The notes: generated by a model not told the origin, from the sequence alone. A stretch of 26,299 bases of DNA from Macrostomum lignano (GCA_002269645.1 NIVC01005100.1:1-26299), one strand, 5' to 3'. Positions 10,489 to 24,037 are shown, counted from the stretch's first letter. Numbers and translations: made by a program.

Positions 10489-12067
10489 ATGAGGCTTCTA
10501 TGATTGTTTGCATGACGCTTCTATGATTTTACCATGACGCTTCTATTATTGTTTGCATGACGCTTCTATGATTTTTACATGACGCTACTATGATTTTTTT
10601 ATGACGCTTCTATGATTTTTTACATGACGCTTCTATGATTTTTTACATTACGCTTCCATGATTTTTATATAACGCTTTTATGATTTTTTACATGGCGCTT
10701 CTATGATTTTTTATGACGCTTTTTTGACTTTTACATGACGCTTCTATGATTTTTTAAATGACGCTTCTATGATTTTTATATAAAGCTTTTACGATTTTTT
10801 ACATGACGCTTCTATGATTGTTTACATGACGCTTCTATGATTTTTTCATGACGCTTCTATGATTGTTTACATGACGCTTCTATGATTTTTACAGGAGGCT
10901 TCTATGATTTTTTCATGACGCTTCTATGATTTTTTATGACGCTTTTATGACTTTTACATGACGCTTCTATGATTGTTTACATGACGCTTCTATGATTGTT
11001 TACATGACGCTTCTATCTTTTTTTTAAATGACGCTTCTATGATTTTTATATGACGCTTCTATGATTTTTTACATGACGCTTCTATGATTGTTTACATGAC
11101 GCTTCAATGATTTTTTACATGACGCTTCAATGATTGTTTACATGACGCTTCAATGATTGTTTACATGACGCTTCTACGATTTGTTACATGACGCTTCTAT
11201 GATTGTTTACATGACGCTTCTATGATTTTTTACATGACGCTTCTATGATTTTTTACATGACGCTTCTATGATTTTTTACATGACGCTTCTATGATTTTTT
11301 ACATGACGCTTCTATGATTTTTTACATGACGCTTCTATGATTGTTTACATGACGCTTCTATGATTGTGTACATGACGCTTCTTTGATTTTTTACATGACG
11401 CTTCTATGATTTTTATATGACGCTTCTACGATTTTTTACATGATGCTTCTATGATTGTTTACATGACGCTTCTATGATTGTTTACATGACGCTTCTATGA
11501 TTGTTTACATGACGCTTCTATGATTTTTTACATGACGTTTCTATGATTGTTTACATGACGCTTCAATGATTTTTTACATGACGCTTCAATGATTGTTTAC
11601 ATGACGCTTCTATGATTGTTTACATGACGCTTCTATGATTGTTTACATGACGTTTCTATGATTTTTTACATGACGCTTTTATGATTTTTTACATGACGCT
11701 TTTATGATTTTTTAAATGACGCTTCCATGATTTTTTACATGACGCTTCCATGATTGTTTACATGACGCTTCTATGATTGTTTACATGACGCTTCTATGAT
11801 TGTTTACATGACGCTTTTATGATTGTTTACATGACGCTTCTATGATTGTTTACATGACGTTTCTATGATTTTTTACATGACGCTTTTATGATTTTTTACA
11901 TGACGCTTCCATGATTTTTAACATGACGCTTCTATGATTGTTTACATGACGTTTCTATGATTGTTTACATGACGCTTCTATGATTGTTTACATGACGCTT
12001 CTATGATTGTTTACATGACGCTTCTATGATTGTTTACATGACTCTTCTATGATTGTTTACATGACGC
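10489..12067. repeat. 21-23 bp satellite array 2
   Basis: Same monomer as array 1. Confidence 0.97.
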
Positions 12068-12123
12068 CTTTTATCCTTTATTTGTCCTTTAATAAAAGCT
12101 TTCAATAAAAAAACTTTTCACTA

Positions 12124-12186
12124 CTATGATTCGAACCCAGGTCACTGCATTAGCAGTCCAGTCTGTTCACATCTAGGCTAGCTCGT
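12124..12186 (-). pseudogene. tRNA-Ser(GCT)-like / SINE-head-like sequence in Helitron copy 1
   Basis: The - strand reads TAGCCTAGATGTGAACAGA-CTGGA-CTGCTAA-TGCAG-TGAC-CTGGG-TTCGAAT-CATAG: A box, anticodon arm with GCT loop, B box. The acceptor stem does not pair. T7 run at 12113-12107. Confidence 0.62.
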
Positions 12187-12639
12187 ATCGAATTTTTAAA
12201 TGAAATTGTAGCACTTATATAATTGAACACTCCCTCACAAAGCAGTTATGACATAATAAATTTCCCAGGCAAGTCAGTATCAGTCTCAATTAAAGTTGAC
12301 AACATGGTTACGCAATCTAAATCAAGTCTGGTGCTACGCTTCCACACTGCATTTTCAATACTGTGACGCAATTCAAGTCGGAGTTACAATTCAGTTATGA
12401 TGCAATCTATTTCAGAATCAGAATTCAACCAGTCAGTTTTTTCTCTAGCATTCTTACAATGCATTTTAAGTCGAAAAGTTTGCTTGACCTTTGCAAAAAA
12501 GCATGTTTTTCGAATATTTAATCGCTTTAACATGGAGCAATTTCTTAGCCAAGATGCATGTACCGTCACGGGAAAATTTCTGATCGAACAGTGCAAGTCT
12601 CATGAAAATCGGTTAAGCCATTTTTTCTCTAATCGATTA

Positions 12640-12663
12640 CAAGCAAGCAAGCAAGCAAGCAAG
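12640..12663. repeat. (CAAG)6 microsatellite near the Helitron 5' end; also (CAAG)4 at 19210-19225 and (CAAG)6 at 23766-23789
   Basis: Read directly, about 23 bp inside each TC terminus. Confidence 0.93.
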
Positions 12664-12909
12664 ATTTTCATTTTTAGTATATAGGACTAGCAATCTACGC
12701 CCCCCGTTGGGGAGCCAAAGAAATGCAATACACGTTTTTTTAATAAGCTACATGTATCCTTGAAATCTTAAAAAATCTCCTGTCAAACCTTGTAAGCCTT
12801 GACATGTCAGTAATTCCCCCCCACAAGCTTTAACATATCAACTTCCCCCCTTGACATCTCAGCAATGCCCCCAATAAGCCTTGGAAATCTAAAAATATCT
12901 GTCAACCTT

Positions 12910-12977
12910 CTAACCCTAACCCTAGCCTAACCCTAACCCTAACCCTAACCCTAACCATAACCCTAACCTAACCCTAA
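12910..12977 (-). repeat. Interstitial telomere-like (TTAGGG)n tract, copy 2
   Basis: (CCCTAA)n with variants at the same position within the element. Confidence 0.9.
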
Positions 12978-13910
12978 AGCATTGAAATTTCAGTAATTCT
13001 CTCTAAGAGTCATAATAGCACTACTACAGGATTATAGCGATTCCCTACAAGCCTCGACATCGTAGGGATTCCCAAATGAATCTCTTAACTTCGACATGAA
13101 GCTTTTATTTTTTACATTACGCTTTTTATTATCAGCGATCCCTCCCCTGAGGAGGCATCAAATAATGTAATAAAAAGTTACAAAAGTTTTCAATAAACTA
13201 CATGTAGCTTCTGACTTTAGCCTTGAAATCTCATTTATACCCCCGTGAGCCTTGACATCTCAGCTATTCCCCCGTAAGCCTTGACATGTCAGCGATGGCC
13301 CCCATAAACCTTGAAAACTAAAAAATCCCCTGTTAACCTTGAAACCCGATAAAATATAACCCTCAACCCAAACCTGACCTAAACCTAACTTTAACCCAAC
13401 CTAAAGCCTTGAAATCTCAGCAATTCTTCTCCCCTAAGCCTTGACATTTTAGTGATTCCTTCTTTAAGAATCACAGCACTATAACGATTTCCACCAAGCT
13501 TTGACATCGTAGCAATTCCCAAATGAATCTTTTAACTTCGACATGACTTTTCTTTTATGTATACATAGTGCTACTTTTATTTTTTACATGACTCTTCTTC
13601 TATCAGCGCCCCCCCGTGGCGAGCCAACAAAGAATGCAATAAAAAAATTGAGTAAAGTACATGAACTTTGAAGTAGCTTCTGACTTTTGCTTTGACATCT
13701 CAGAAACCCCCCCCCGTAAACTCAGTTATTCTCTGAGAGCCTTTACGTCTCATATTCTCTGAGAGCCTTTACGTCTCAGTTTTTCTCCCCAGCACAGCAT
13801 TATAGCTGCATTTAACTTTTACATGACACCCTTCATGTCTGACATGACGCTTCTTTTATTCTACCATGATGCTTCTTAATTTTTTAAATGACACTTTCAT
13901 TAGTTTATAA

Positions 13911-16900
13911 ATGAGGCTTCTATGATTTTTTCTTGACCCTTCTATGATTTTTACATGACGCTTCTATGATTTTTTACATGACGCTTCTATGATTTTTTAC
14001 ATGACGCTTCTACGATTTTTTACATGACGCTTCTATGATTGTTTACATGACGCTTCTATGATTGTTTACATGACGCTTCTATGATTGTTTACATGACGCT
14101 TCTATGATTTTTTAATAACGCTTCTATGATTTTTATATGACGCTTCTACGATTTTTACATGACGCTTCTATGATTGTTTACATGACGCTTCTATGATTTT
14201 TTAAATTACGCTTCTATGATTTTTAATGACGCTTCTATAATTTTTAAATGACGCTTCTATGATTGTTTACATGACGCTTCTATGATTTTTTAAATGACGC
14301 TTCTATGATTGTTTACATGACGCTTCTATGATTGTTTACATGACGCTTCTATGATTGTTTACATGACGCTTTTATGATTGTTTACATGACGCTTCTATAA
14401 TTTTTTACATGACGCTTCTATGATTTTTTAAATGACGCTTCTATGATTTTTATATGACGCTTTTACGATTTTTTACATGACGCTTCTATGATTGTTTACA
14501 TGACGCTTCTATGATTTTTTACATGACGCTTCTATGATTGTTTACATGACGCTTCTATGATTTTTATATGACGCTTCTATGATTGTTTACATGACGCTTC
14601 TATGATTTTTTAAATGACGCTTCTTGATTTTTAATGACGCTTCTATGATTTTTAAATGACGCTTCTATATTTTTTACATGACGCTTCTATGATTTTTTAA
14701 TGACGCTTCTATGATTTTTATATGACGCTTCTACGATTTTTTACATGACGCTTCTATGATTTTTAATGACGCTTCTATGATTTTTATATGACGCTTCTAT
14801 GATTTTTTACATGACGCTTCTATGATTGTTTACATGACGCTTCTATGATTGTTTACATGACGCTTCTATGATTTTTTACATGACGCTTCTATGATTGTTT
14901 ACATGACGCTTCTATGATTTTTATATGACGCTTCTATGATTGTTTACATGACGCTTCTATGATTTTTACATGACGCTTCTATGATTTTTAATGACGCTTC
15001 TATGATTTTTTACATGACGCTTCTATGATTGTTTACATGACGCTTTATGATTGTTTACATGACGCTTCTATGATTGTTTACATGACGCTTCTATGATTTT
15101 TTACATGACGCTTCTATGATTGTTTACATGACGCTTCTATGATTGTTTACATGACGCTTCTATGATTGTTTACATGACGCTTCTATGATTTTTTACATGA
15201 CGCTTCTATGATTTTTATATGACGCTTCTACGATTTTTTACATGACGCTTCTATGATTGTTTACATGACGCTTCTATGATTGTTTACATGACGCTTCTAT
15301 GATTGTTTACATGACGCTTCTATGATTTTTTAAATTACGCTTCTATGATTGTTTACATGACGCTTCTATGATTTTTTAAATGACGCTTCTATGATTGTTT
15401 ACATGACGCTTCTATGATTTTTAATGACGCTTCTATGATTGTTTACATGACGCTTCTATGATTGTTTACATGACGCTTCTATGATTGTTTACATGACGCT
15501 TTATGATTGTTTACATGACGCTTCTATAATTTTTTACATGACGCTTCTATGATTTTTTAAATGACGCTTCTATGATTTTTATATGACGCTTCTACGATTT
15601 TTTACATGACGCTTCTATGATTTTTTAATGACGCTTCTATGATTTTTATATGACGCTTCTACGATTTTTTACATGACGCTTCTATGATTGTTTACATGAC
15701 GCTTCTATGATTGTTTACATGACGCTTCTATGATTTTTACATGACGCTTCTATGATTGTTTACATGACGCTTCTATGATTTTTATATGACGCTTCTATGA
15801 TTGTTTACATGACGCTTCTATGATTTTTTAAATGACGCTTCTATGATTTTTAATGACGCTTCTATGATTTTTAATGACGCTTCTATGATTGTTTACATGA
15901 CGCTTCTATGATTTTTTAATGACGCTTCTATGATTGTTTACATGACGCTTCTATGATTGTTTACATGACGCTTCTATGATTGTTTACATGACGCTTCTAT
16001 GATTTTTTACATGACGCTTCTATGATTTTTATATGACGCTTCTACGATTTTTTACATGACGCTTCTATGATTTTTTAATGACGCTTCTATGATTTTTATA
16101 TGACGCTTCTACGATTTTTTACATGACGCTTCTATGATTGTTTACATGACGCTTCTATGATTGTTTACATGACGCTTCTATGATTTTTTACATGACGCTT
16201 CTATGATTGTTTACATGACGCTTCTATGATTTTTATATGACGCTTCTATGATTGTTTACATGACGCTTCTATGATTGTTTACATGACGCTTCTATGATTG
16301 TTTACATGACGCTTTTATGATTGTTCACATGACGCTTCTATAATTTTTACATGACGCTTCTATGATTTTTAAATGACGCTTCTATGATTTTTATATGACG
16401 CTTCTACGATTTTTTACATGACGCTTCTATGATTGTTTACATGACGCTTCTATATTTTTAAATGACGCTTCTATGATTGTTTACATGACGCTTCTGTGAT
16501 TTTTTAAATGACGCTTCTATGATTGTTTACATGACGCTTCTATGATTGTTTACATGACGCTTCTATGATTGTTTACATGACGCTTTATGATTGTTTACAT
16601 GACGCTTCTATAATTTTTTACATGACGCTTCTATGATTTTTTAATGACGCTTCTATGATTTTTATATGACGCTTTTACGATTTTTTACATGACGCTTCTA
16701 TGATTGTTTACATGACGCTTCTATGATTTTTTACATGACGCTTCTATGATTGTTTACATGACGCTTCTATGATTTTTATATGACGCTTCTATGATTGTTT
16801 ACATGACGCTTCTATGATTTTTTAAATTACGCTTCTTTGATTTTTAAATGACGCTTCTATGATTTTTAAATGACGCTTCTATAATTTTTTACATGACGCT

Positions 16901-18633
16901 TCTATGATTTTTTAAATGACGCTTCTATGATTTTTATATGACGCTTCTACGATTTTTTACATGACGCTTCTATGATTTTTTAAATGATGCTTCTATGATT
17001 TTTATATGACGCTTCTACGATTTTTTACATGACGCTTCTATGATTGTTTACATGACGCTTCTATGATTGTTTACATGACGCTTCTATGATTTTTTACATG
17101 ACGCTTCTATGATTGTTTACATGACGCTTCTATGATTTTTATATGACGCTTCTATGATTGTTTACATGACGCTTCTATGATTGTTTACATGACGCTTCTA
17201 TGATTTTTAATGACGCTTCTATGATTTTTTACATGACGCTTCTATGATTGTTTACATGACGCTTTTATGATTGTTTACATGACGCTTCTATGATTGTTTA
17301 CATGACGCTTCTATGATTTTTTACATGACGCTTCTATGATTGTTTACATGACGCTTCTATGATTGTTTACATGACGCTTCTATGATTGTTTACATGACGC
17401 TTTTATGATTGTTCACATGACGCTTCTATAATTTTTTACATGACGCTTCTATGATTTTTTAAATGACGCTTCTATGATTTTTATATGACGCTTCTACGAT
17501 TTTTTACATGACGCTTCTATGATTTTTTCAATGATGCTTCTATGATTTTTATATGACGCTTCTACGATTTTTTACATGACGCTTCTATGATTGTTTACAT
17601 GACGCTTCTATGATTGTTTACATGACGCTTCTATGATTTTTTACATGACGCTTCTATGATTGTTTACATGACGCTTCTATGATTTTTATATGACGCTTCT
17701 ATGATTGTTTACATGACGCTTCTATGATTTTTTAAATTACGCTTCTATGATTTTTAAATGACGCTTCTATGATTTTTAAATGACGCTTCTATGATTGTTT
17801 ACATGACGCTTCTATGATTGTTTACATGACGCTTCTATGATTGTTTACATGACGCTTTTATGATTGTTCACATGACGCTTCTATAATTTTTTACATGACG
17901 CTTCTATGAGTTTTTAAATGACGCTTCTATGATTTTTATATGACGCATCTACGATTTTTTACATGACGCTTCTATGATTGTTTACATGACGCTTCTATAA
18001 TTTTTAAATGACGCTTCTATGATTGTTTACATGACGCTTCTGTGATTTTTTAAATGACGCTTCTATGATTGTTTACATGACGCTTCTATGATTGTTTACA
18101 TGACGCTTCTATGATTGTTTACATGACGCTTTTATGATTGTTTACATGACGCTTCTATAATTTTTTACATGACGCTTCTATGATTTTTTAAATGACGCTT
18201 CTATGATTTTTATATGACGCTTTTACGATTTTTTACATGACGCTTCTATGATTGTTTACATGACGCTTCTATGATTTTTTACATGACGCTTCTATGATTT
18301 TTATATGACGCTTCTACGATTTTTTACATGACGCTTCTATGATTTTTTAAATGATGCTTCTATGATTTTTATATGACGCTTCTACGATTTTTTACATGAC
18401 GCTTCTATGATTGTTTACATGACGCTTCTATGATTTTTTACATGACGCTTCTATGATTTTTTAAACGACGCTTCTATGATTTTTATATGACGCTTCTACG
18501 ATTTTTTAAATGACGCTTCTATGATTGTTTACATGACGCTTCTATGATTTTTTAAATGACGCTTCTATGATTGTTTACATGACGCTTCTATGATTGTTTA
18601 CATGACGCTTCTATGATTTTTACATGACGCTTC
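13911..18633. repeat. 21-23 bp satellite array 3 (~4.7 kb, with higher-order blocks)
   Basis: Same monomer; rare variants recur in the same order about 1.55 kb and 2.2 kb apart. Confidence 0.97.
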
Positions 18634-18696
18634 TTTTTAAAAATTCTTTTAGTTTTCCTGACGTTGAAAAGCTTTAATTAAAATAATTATACTCTA

Positions 18697-18760
18697 TGAA
18701 AATTCGAACCATCGTCGCTGCATTTAGCAGTTCAGTCTGTTCACCTCTAGGCTAGCTCTC
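18697..18760 (-). pseudogene. Diverged tRNA-like cassette in Helitron copy 2
   Basis: A box TAGCCTAGAGG (18754-18744), CTGCTAA loop, B box GGTTCGAATT (18710-18701). Confidence 0.55.
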
Positions 18761-19472
18761 ATCGTTTTGATAACATCAAATTTTGCACTTATATAATTTA
18801 ACACTTTAAAATCTGAGCATAGAGTAAATCACACGAAGCAGTTATGACATAATCAGTTTCTCAGTCAGTCAGTATCAGTTTACAATATGGTTACGCAATT
18901 TAAATCAAGTCTGGTGCTACGCTTCCACACTGCATTTTCAATTCAAGTCGGAGTTACAATTCAGTTATGATGCAATCTATTTCAGAATCAGAATTCAACC
19001 AGTCAGTTTTTTCTCTAGCATTCTTACAATGCATTTCAAGTCGAAAAGTTTGCTTGACCTTTGCAAAAAAGCATGTTTTTCGAATATTTAATGCCTTTAG
19101 CATCGAGCAATTTCTTAGCCACGATGCATGTACAGTCACGGGAAAATTTCTGATCGAACAGTGCAAGTTCGAACAAAATCGGTCCAGCCATTTTTTCTCT
19201 AATCGATTACAAGCAAGCAAGCAAGATTTTCATTTTTAGTATATAGGACTAGCAATCTACGCCCCCCGTTGGGGAGCCAAAGAAATGCAATACACGTTTT
19301 TTTAATAAGCTACATGTATCCTTGAAATCTTAAAAAATCTCCTGTCAAACCTTGTAAGCCTTGACATGTCAGTAATTCCCCCCCCACAAGCTTTAACATA
19401 TCAACTTCCCCCCTTGACATCTCAGCAATGCCCCCAATAAGCCTTGGAAATCTAAAAATATCTGTCAACCTT

Positions 19473-19540
19473 CTAACCCTAACCCTAGCCTAACCCTAAC
19501 CCTAACCCTAACCCTAACCATAACCCTAACCTAACCCTAA
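19473..19540 (-). repeat. Interstitial telomere-like (TTAGGG)n tract, copy 3
   Basis: Same tract as in copy 2. Confidence 0.9.
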
Positions 19541-20479
19541 AGCATTGAAATTTCAGTAATTCTCTCTAAGAGTCATAATAGCACTACTACAGGATTATAG
19601 CGATTCCCTACAAGCCTCGACATCGTAGGGATTCCCAAATGAATCTCTTAACTTCGACATGAAGCTTTTATTTTTTACATTACGCTTTTTTATTATCAGC
19701 GATCCCTCCCCTGAGGAGGCATCAAATAATGTAATAAAAAGTTACAAAAAAGTTTTCAATAAACTACATGCAGCTCCTTACTTTAGCCTTGAAATCTCAT
19801 TTATACCCCCCGTGAGCCTTGACATCTCAGCTATTCCCCCCGTAAGCCTTGACATGTCAGCGATGGCGCCCATAAACCTTGAAATCTGAAAAATCCCCTG
19901 CTAACCTTGAAACCTGATAAAATGTAACCCTCAACCCACACCTGACCTAAACCTAACTTTAACCCAACCTAAAGCCTTGAAATCTCAGCAATTCTTCTCC
20001 CCTAAGCCTTGACATTTTAGTGATTCCTTCTTTAAGAATCACAGCACTATAACGATTTCCACCTAGCTTTGACATCGTAGCAATTCCCAAATGAATCTTT
20101 TAACTTCGACATGACTTTTCTTTTATGTATACATAGTGCTACTTTTATTTTTTACATGACTCTTCTTCTATCAGCGCCCCCCCGTGGCGAGCCAACAAAG
20201 AATGCAATAAAAAAATTGAGTAAAGTACATGAACTTTGAATTAGCTTCTGACTTTTGCTTTGACATCTCAGAAACCCCCCCCCCGTAATCTCAGTTATTC
20301 TCTGAGAGCCTTTACGTCTCATATTCTCTGAGAGCCTTTACGTCTCAGTTTTTCTCCCCAGCACAGCATTATAGCTGCATTTAACTTTTACATGACGCCC
20401 TTCATGTCTGACATGACGCTTCTTTTATTCTACCATGATGCTTCTTAATTTTTTAAATGACACTTTCATTAGTTTATAA

Positions 20480-23193
20480 ATGAGGCTTCTATGATTTTTT
20501 CTTGACCCTTCTATGATTTTTACATGACGCTTCTATGATTTTTTACATGACGCTTCTATGATTTTTTACATGACGCTTCTACGATTTTTTACATGACGCT
20601 TCTATGATTGTTTACATGACGCTTCTATGATTGTTTACATGACGCTTCTATGATTGTTTACATGACGCTTCTATGATTTTTAATGACGCTTCTATGATTT
20701 TTATATGACGCTTCTATGATTTTTACATGACGCTTCTATGATTGTTTACATGACGCTTCTATGATTTTTTAAATGACGCTTCTATGATTTTTAATGACGC
20801 TTCTATGATTTTTACATGACGCTTCTATGATTGTTTACATGACGCTTCTATGATTTTTTAATGACGCTTCTATGATTGTTTACATGACGCTTCTATGATT
20901 GTTTACATGACGCTTCTATGATTGTTTACATGACGCTTCTATGATTGTTTACATGACGCTTCTATGATTTTTTACATGACGCTTCTATGATTTTTTACAT
21001 GACGCTTCTATGATTTTTATATGACGCTTTTGACGATTTTTTACATGACGCTTCTATGATTGTTTACATGACGCTTCTATGATTTTTACATGACGCTTCT
21101 ATGATTGTTTACATGACGCTTCTATGATTTTTATATGACGCTTCTATGATTGTTTACATGACGCTTCTATGATTTTTTACATGACGCTTCTATGATTTTT
21201 ACATGACGCTTCTATGATTTTTAATGACGCTTCTATGATTGTTTACATGACGCTTCTATGATTGTTTACATGACGCTTCTATGATTGTTTACATGACGCT
21301 TCTATGATTGTTTACATGACGCTTCTATGATTTTTACATGACGCTTCTATGATTGTTTACATGACGCTTCTATGATTTTTTAATGACGCTTCTATGATTT
21401 TTATACATGACGCTTCTATGATTTTTACATGACGCTTCTATGATTGTTTACATGACGCTTCTATGATTTTTAATGACGCTTCTATGATTTTTACATGACG
21501 CTTCTATGATTTTTAATGACGCTTCTATGATTGTTTACATGACGCTTCTATGATTTTTAATGACGCTTCTATGATTGTTTACATGACGCTTCTATGATTT
21601 TTAATGACGCTTCTATGATTGTTTACATGACGCTTCTATGATTTTTTACATGACGCTTCTATGATTGTTTACATGACGCTTCTATGATTGTTTACATGAC
21701 GCTTCTATGATTTTTTACATGACGCTTCTATGATTTTTACATGACGCTTCTATGATTTTTATATGACGCTTCTATGATTTTTACATGACGCTTCTATGAT
21801 TTTTTAATGACGCTTCTATGATTTTTATATGACGCTTCTATGATTTTTTACATGACGCTTCTATGATTGTTTACATGACGCTTCTATGATTGTTTACATG
21901 ACGCTTCTATGATTTTTTACATGACGCTTCTATGATTGTTTACATGACGCTTCTATGATTTTTATATGACGCTTCTATGATTGTTTACATGACGCTTCTA
22001 TGATTTTTAATGACGCTTCTATGATTTTTACATGACGCTTCTATGATTTTTACATGACGCTTCTATGATTGTTTACATGACGCTTCTATGATTTTTACAT
22101 GACGCTTCTATGATTGTTTACATGACGCTTCTATGATTGTTTACATGACGCTTCTATGATTGTTTACATGACGCTTCTATGATTTTTTAATGACGCTTCT
22201 ATGATTTTTATATGACGCTTCTATGATTTTTTACATGACGCTTCTATGATTGTTTACATGACGCTTCTATGATTTTTACATGACGCTTCTATGATTGTTT
22301 ACATGACGCTTCATGATTGTTTACATGACGCTTCTATGATTTTTACATGACGCTTCTATGATTGTTTACATGACGCTTCTATGATTTTTACATGACGCTT
22401 CTATGATTTTTTACATGACGCTTCTATGATTTTTTACATGACGCTTCTATGATTTTTACATGACGCTTCTATGATTTTTTACATGACGCTTCTATGATTG
22501 TTTACATGACGCTTCTATGATTGTTTACATGACGCTTCTTGATTTTTTACATGACGCTTCTATGATTTTTATATGACGCTTCTATGATTTTTTACATGAC
22601 GCTTCTATGATTGTTTACATGACGCTTCTATGATTGTTTACATGACGCTTCTATGATTGTTTACATGACGCTTCTATGATTTTTTACATGACGCTTCTAT
22701 GATTTTTACATGACGCTTCTATGATTTTTACATGACGCTTCTATGATTGTTTACATGACGCTTCTATGATTGTTTACATGACGCTTCTATGATTGTTTAC
22801 ATGACGCTTTATGATTTTTACATGACGCTTCTATGATTTTTTACATGACGCTTCTATGATTTTTTACATGACGCTTCCATGATTTTTACATGACGCTTCT
22901 ATGATTGTTTACATGACGCTTCTATGATTGTTTACATGACGCTTCTATGATTGTTTACATGACGCTTCTATGATTGTTTACATGACGCTTCTATGATTGT
23001 TTACATGACGCTTCTATGATTTTTACATGACGCTTCTATGATTTTTTACATGACGCTTCTATGATTTTTACATGACGCTTCTATGATTGTTTACATGACG
23101 CTTCTATGATTGTTTACATGACGCTTCTATGATTGTTTACATGACGCTTCTATGATTGTTTACATGACTCTTCTATGATTGTTTACATGACGC
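20480..23193. repeat. 21-23 bp satellite array 4
   Basis: Same monomer; right end matches that of array 2. Confidence 0.97.
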
Positions 23194-23249
23194 CTTTTAT
23201 CCTTTATTTGTCCTTTAATAAAAGCTTTCAATAAAAAAACTTTTCACTA

Positions 23250-23312
23250 CTATGATTCGAACCCAGGTCACTGCATTAGCAGTCCAGTCTGTTCACATCT
23301 AGGCTAGCTCGT
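23250..23312 (-). pseudogene. tRNA-Ser(GCT)-like cassette in Helitron copy 3
   Basis: Reads identical to 12124-12186 at an offset of 11126 bp. Confidence 0.62.
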
Positions 23313-24037
23313 ATCGAATTTTTAAATGAAATTGTAGCACTTATATAATTGAACACTCCCTCACAAAGCAGTTATGACATAATAAATTTCCCAGGCAAGT
23401 CAGTATCAGTCTCAATTAAAGTTGACAACATGGTTACGCAATCTAAATCAAGTCTGGTGCTACGCTTCCACACTGCATTTTCAATACTGTGACGCAATTC
23501 AAGTCGGAGTTACAATTCAGTTATGATGCAATCTATTTCAGAATCAGAATTCAACCAGTCAGTTTTTTCTCTAGCATTCTTACAATGCATTTTAAGTCGA
23601 AAAGTTTGCTTGACCTTTGCAAAAAAGCATGTTTTTCGAATATTTAATCGCTTTAACATGGAGCAATTTCTTAGCCAAGATGCATGTACCGTCACGGGAA
23701 AATTTCTGATCGAACAGTGCAAGTCTCATGAAAATCGGTTAAGCCATTTTTTCTCTAATCGATTACAAGCAAGCAAGCAAGCAAGCAAGATTTTCATTTT
23801 TAGTATATAGGACTAGCAATCTACGCCCCCGTTGGGGAGCCAAAGAAATGCAATACACGTTTTTTTAATAAGCTACATGTATCCTTGAAATCTTAAAAAA
23901 TCTCCTGTCAAACCTTGTAAGCCTTGACATGTCAGTAATTCCCCCCCCCCACAAGCTTTAACATATCAACTTCCCCCCTTGACATCTCAGCAATGCCCCC
24001 AATAAGCCTTGGAAATCTAAAAATATCTGTCAACCTT

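Larger units (their letters stand above)
7434..12686 (-). mobile_element. Non-autonomous Helitron-like element, copy 1 (5253 bp, rearranged, MITE-bearing)
   Basis: The - strand starts TCCTATATACTAAAAATG at 12686 and ends with hairpin GCTCCCC-AAC-GGGGGGC (7462-7446), 8 nt, then CTAG (7437-7434), followed by host T. No RepHel ORF. Confidence 0.82.
12687..19248 (-). mobile_element. Non-autonomous Helitron-like element, copy 2 (6562 bp)
   Basis: TC 5' end at 19248, hairpin at 12699-12715, CTAG at 12687-12690 abutting the TC of copy 1. Confidence 0.82.
19249..23812 (-). mobile_element. Non-autonomous Helitron-like element, copy 3 (4564 bp)
   Basis: TC 5' end at 23812, hairpin at 19261-19277, CTAG at 19249-19252 abutting the TC of copy 2. 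Confidence 0.82.

Noticed and set aside
12384-12684. ORFs in the Helitron 5' arms (also 18954-19239 and 23510-23810) and ORF 10153-10350
   Set aside because: No Rep or helicase motifs, both strands open by chance, and ends differ between copies.
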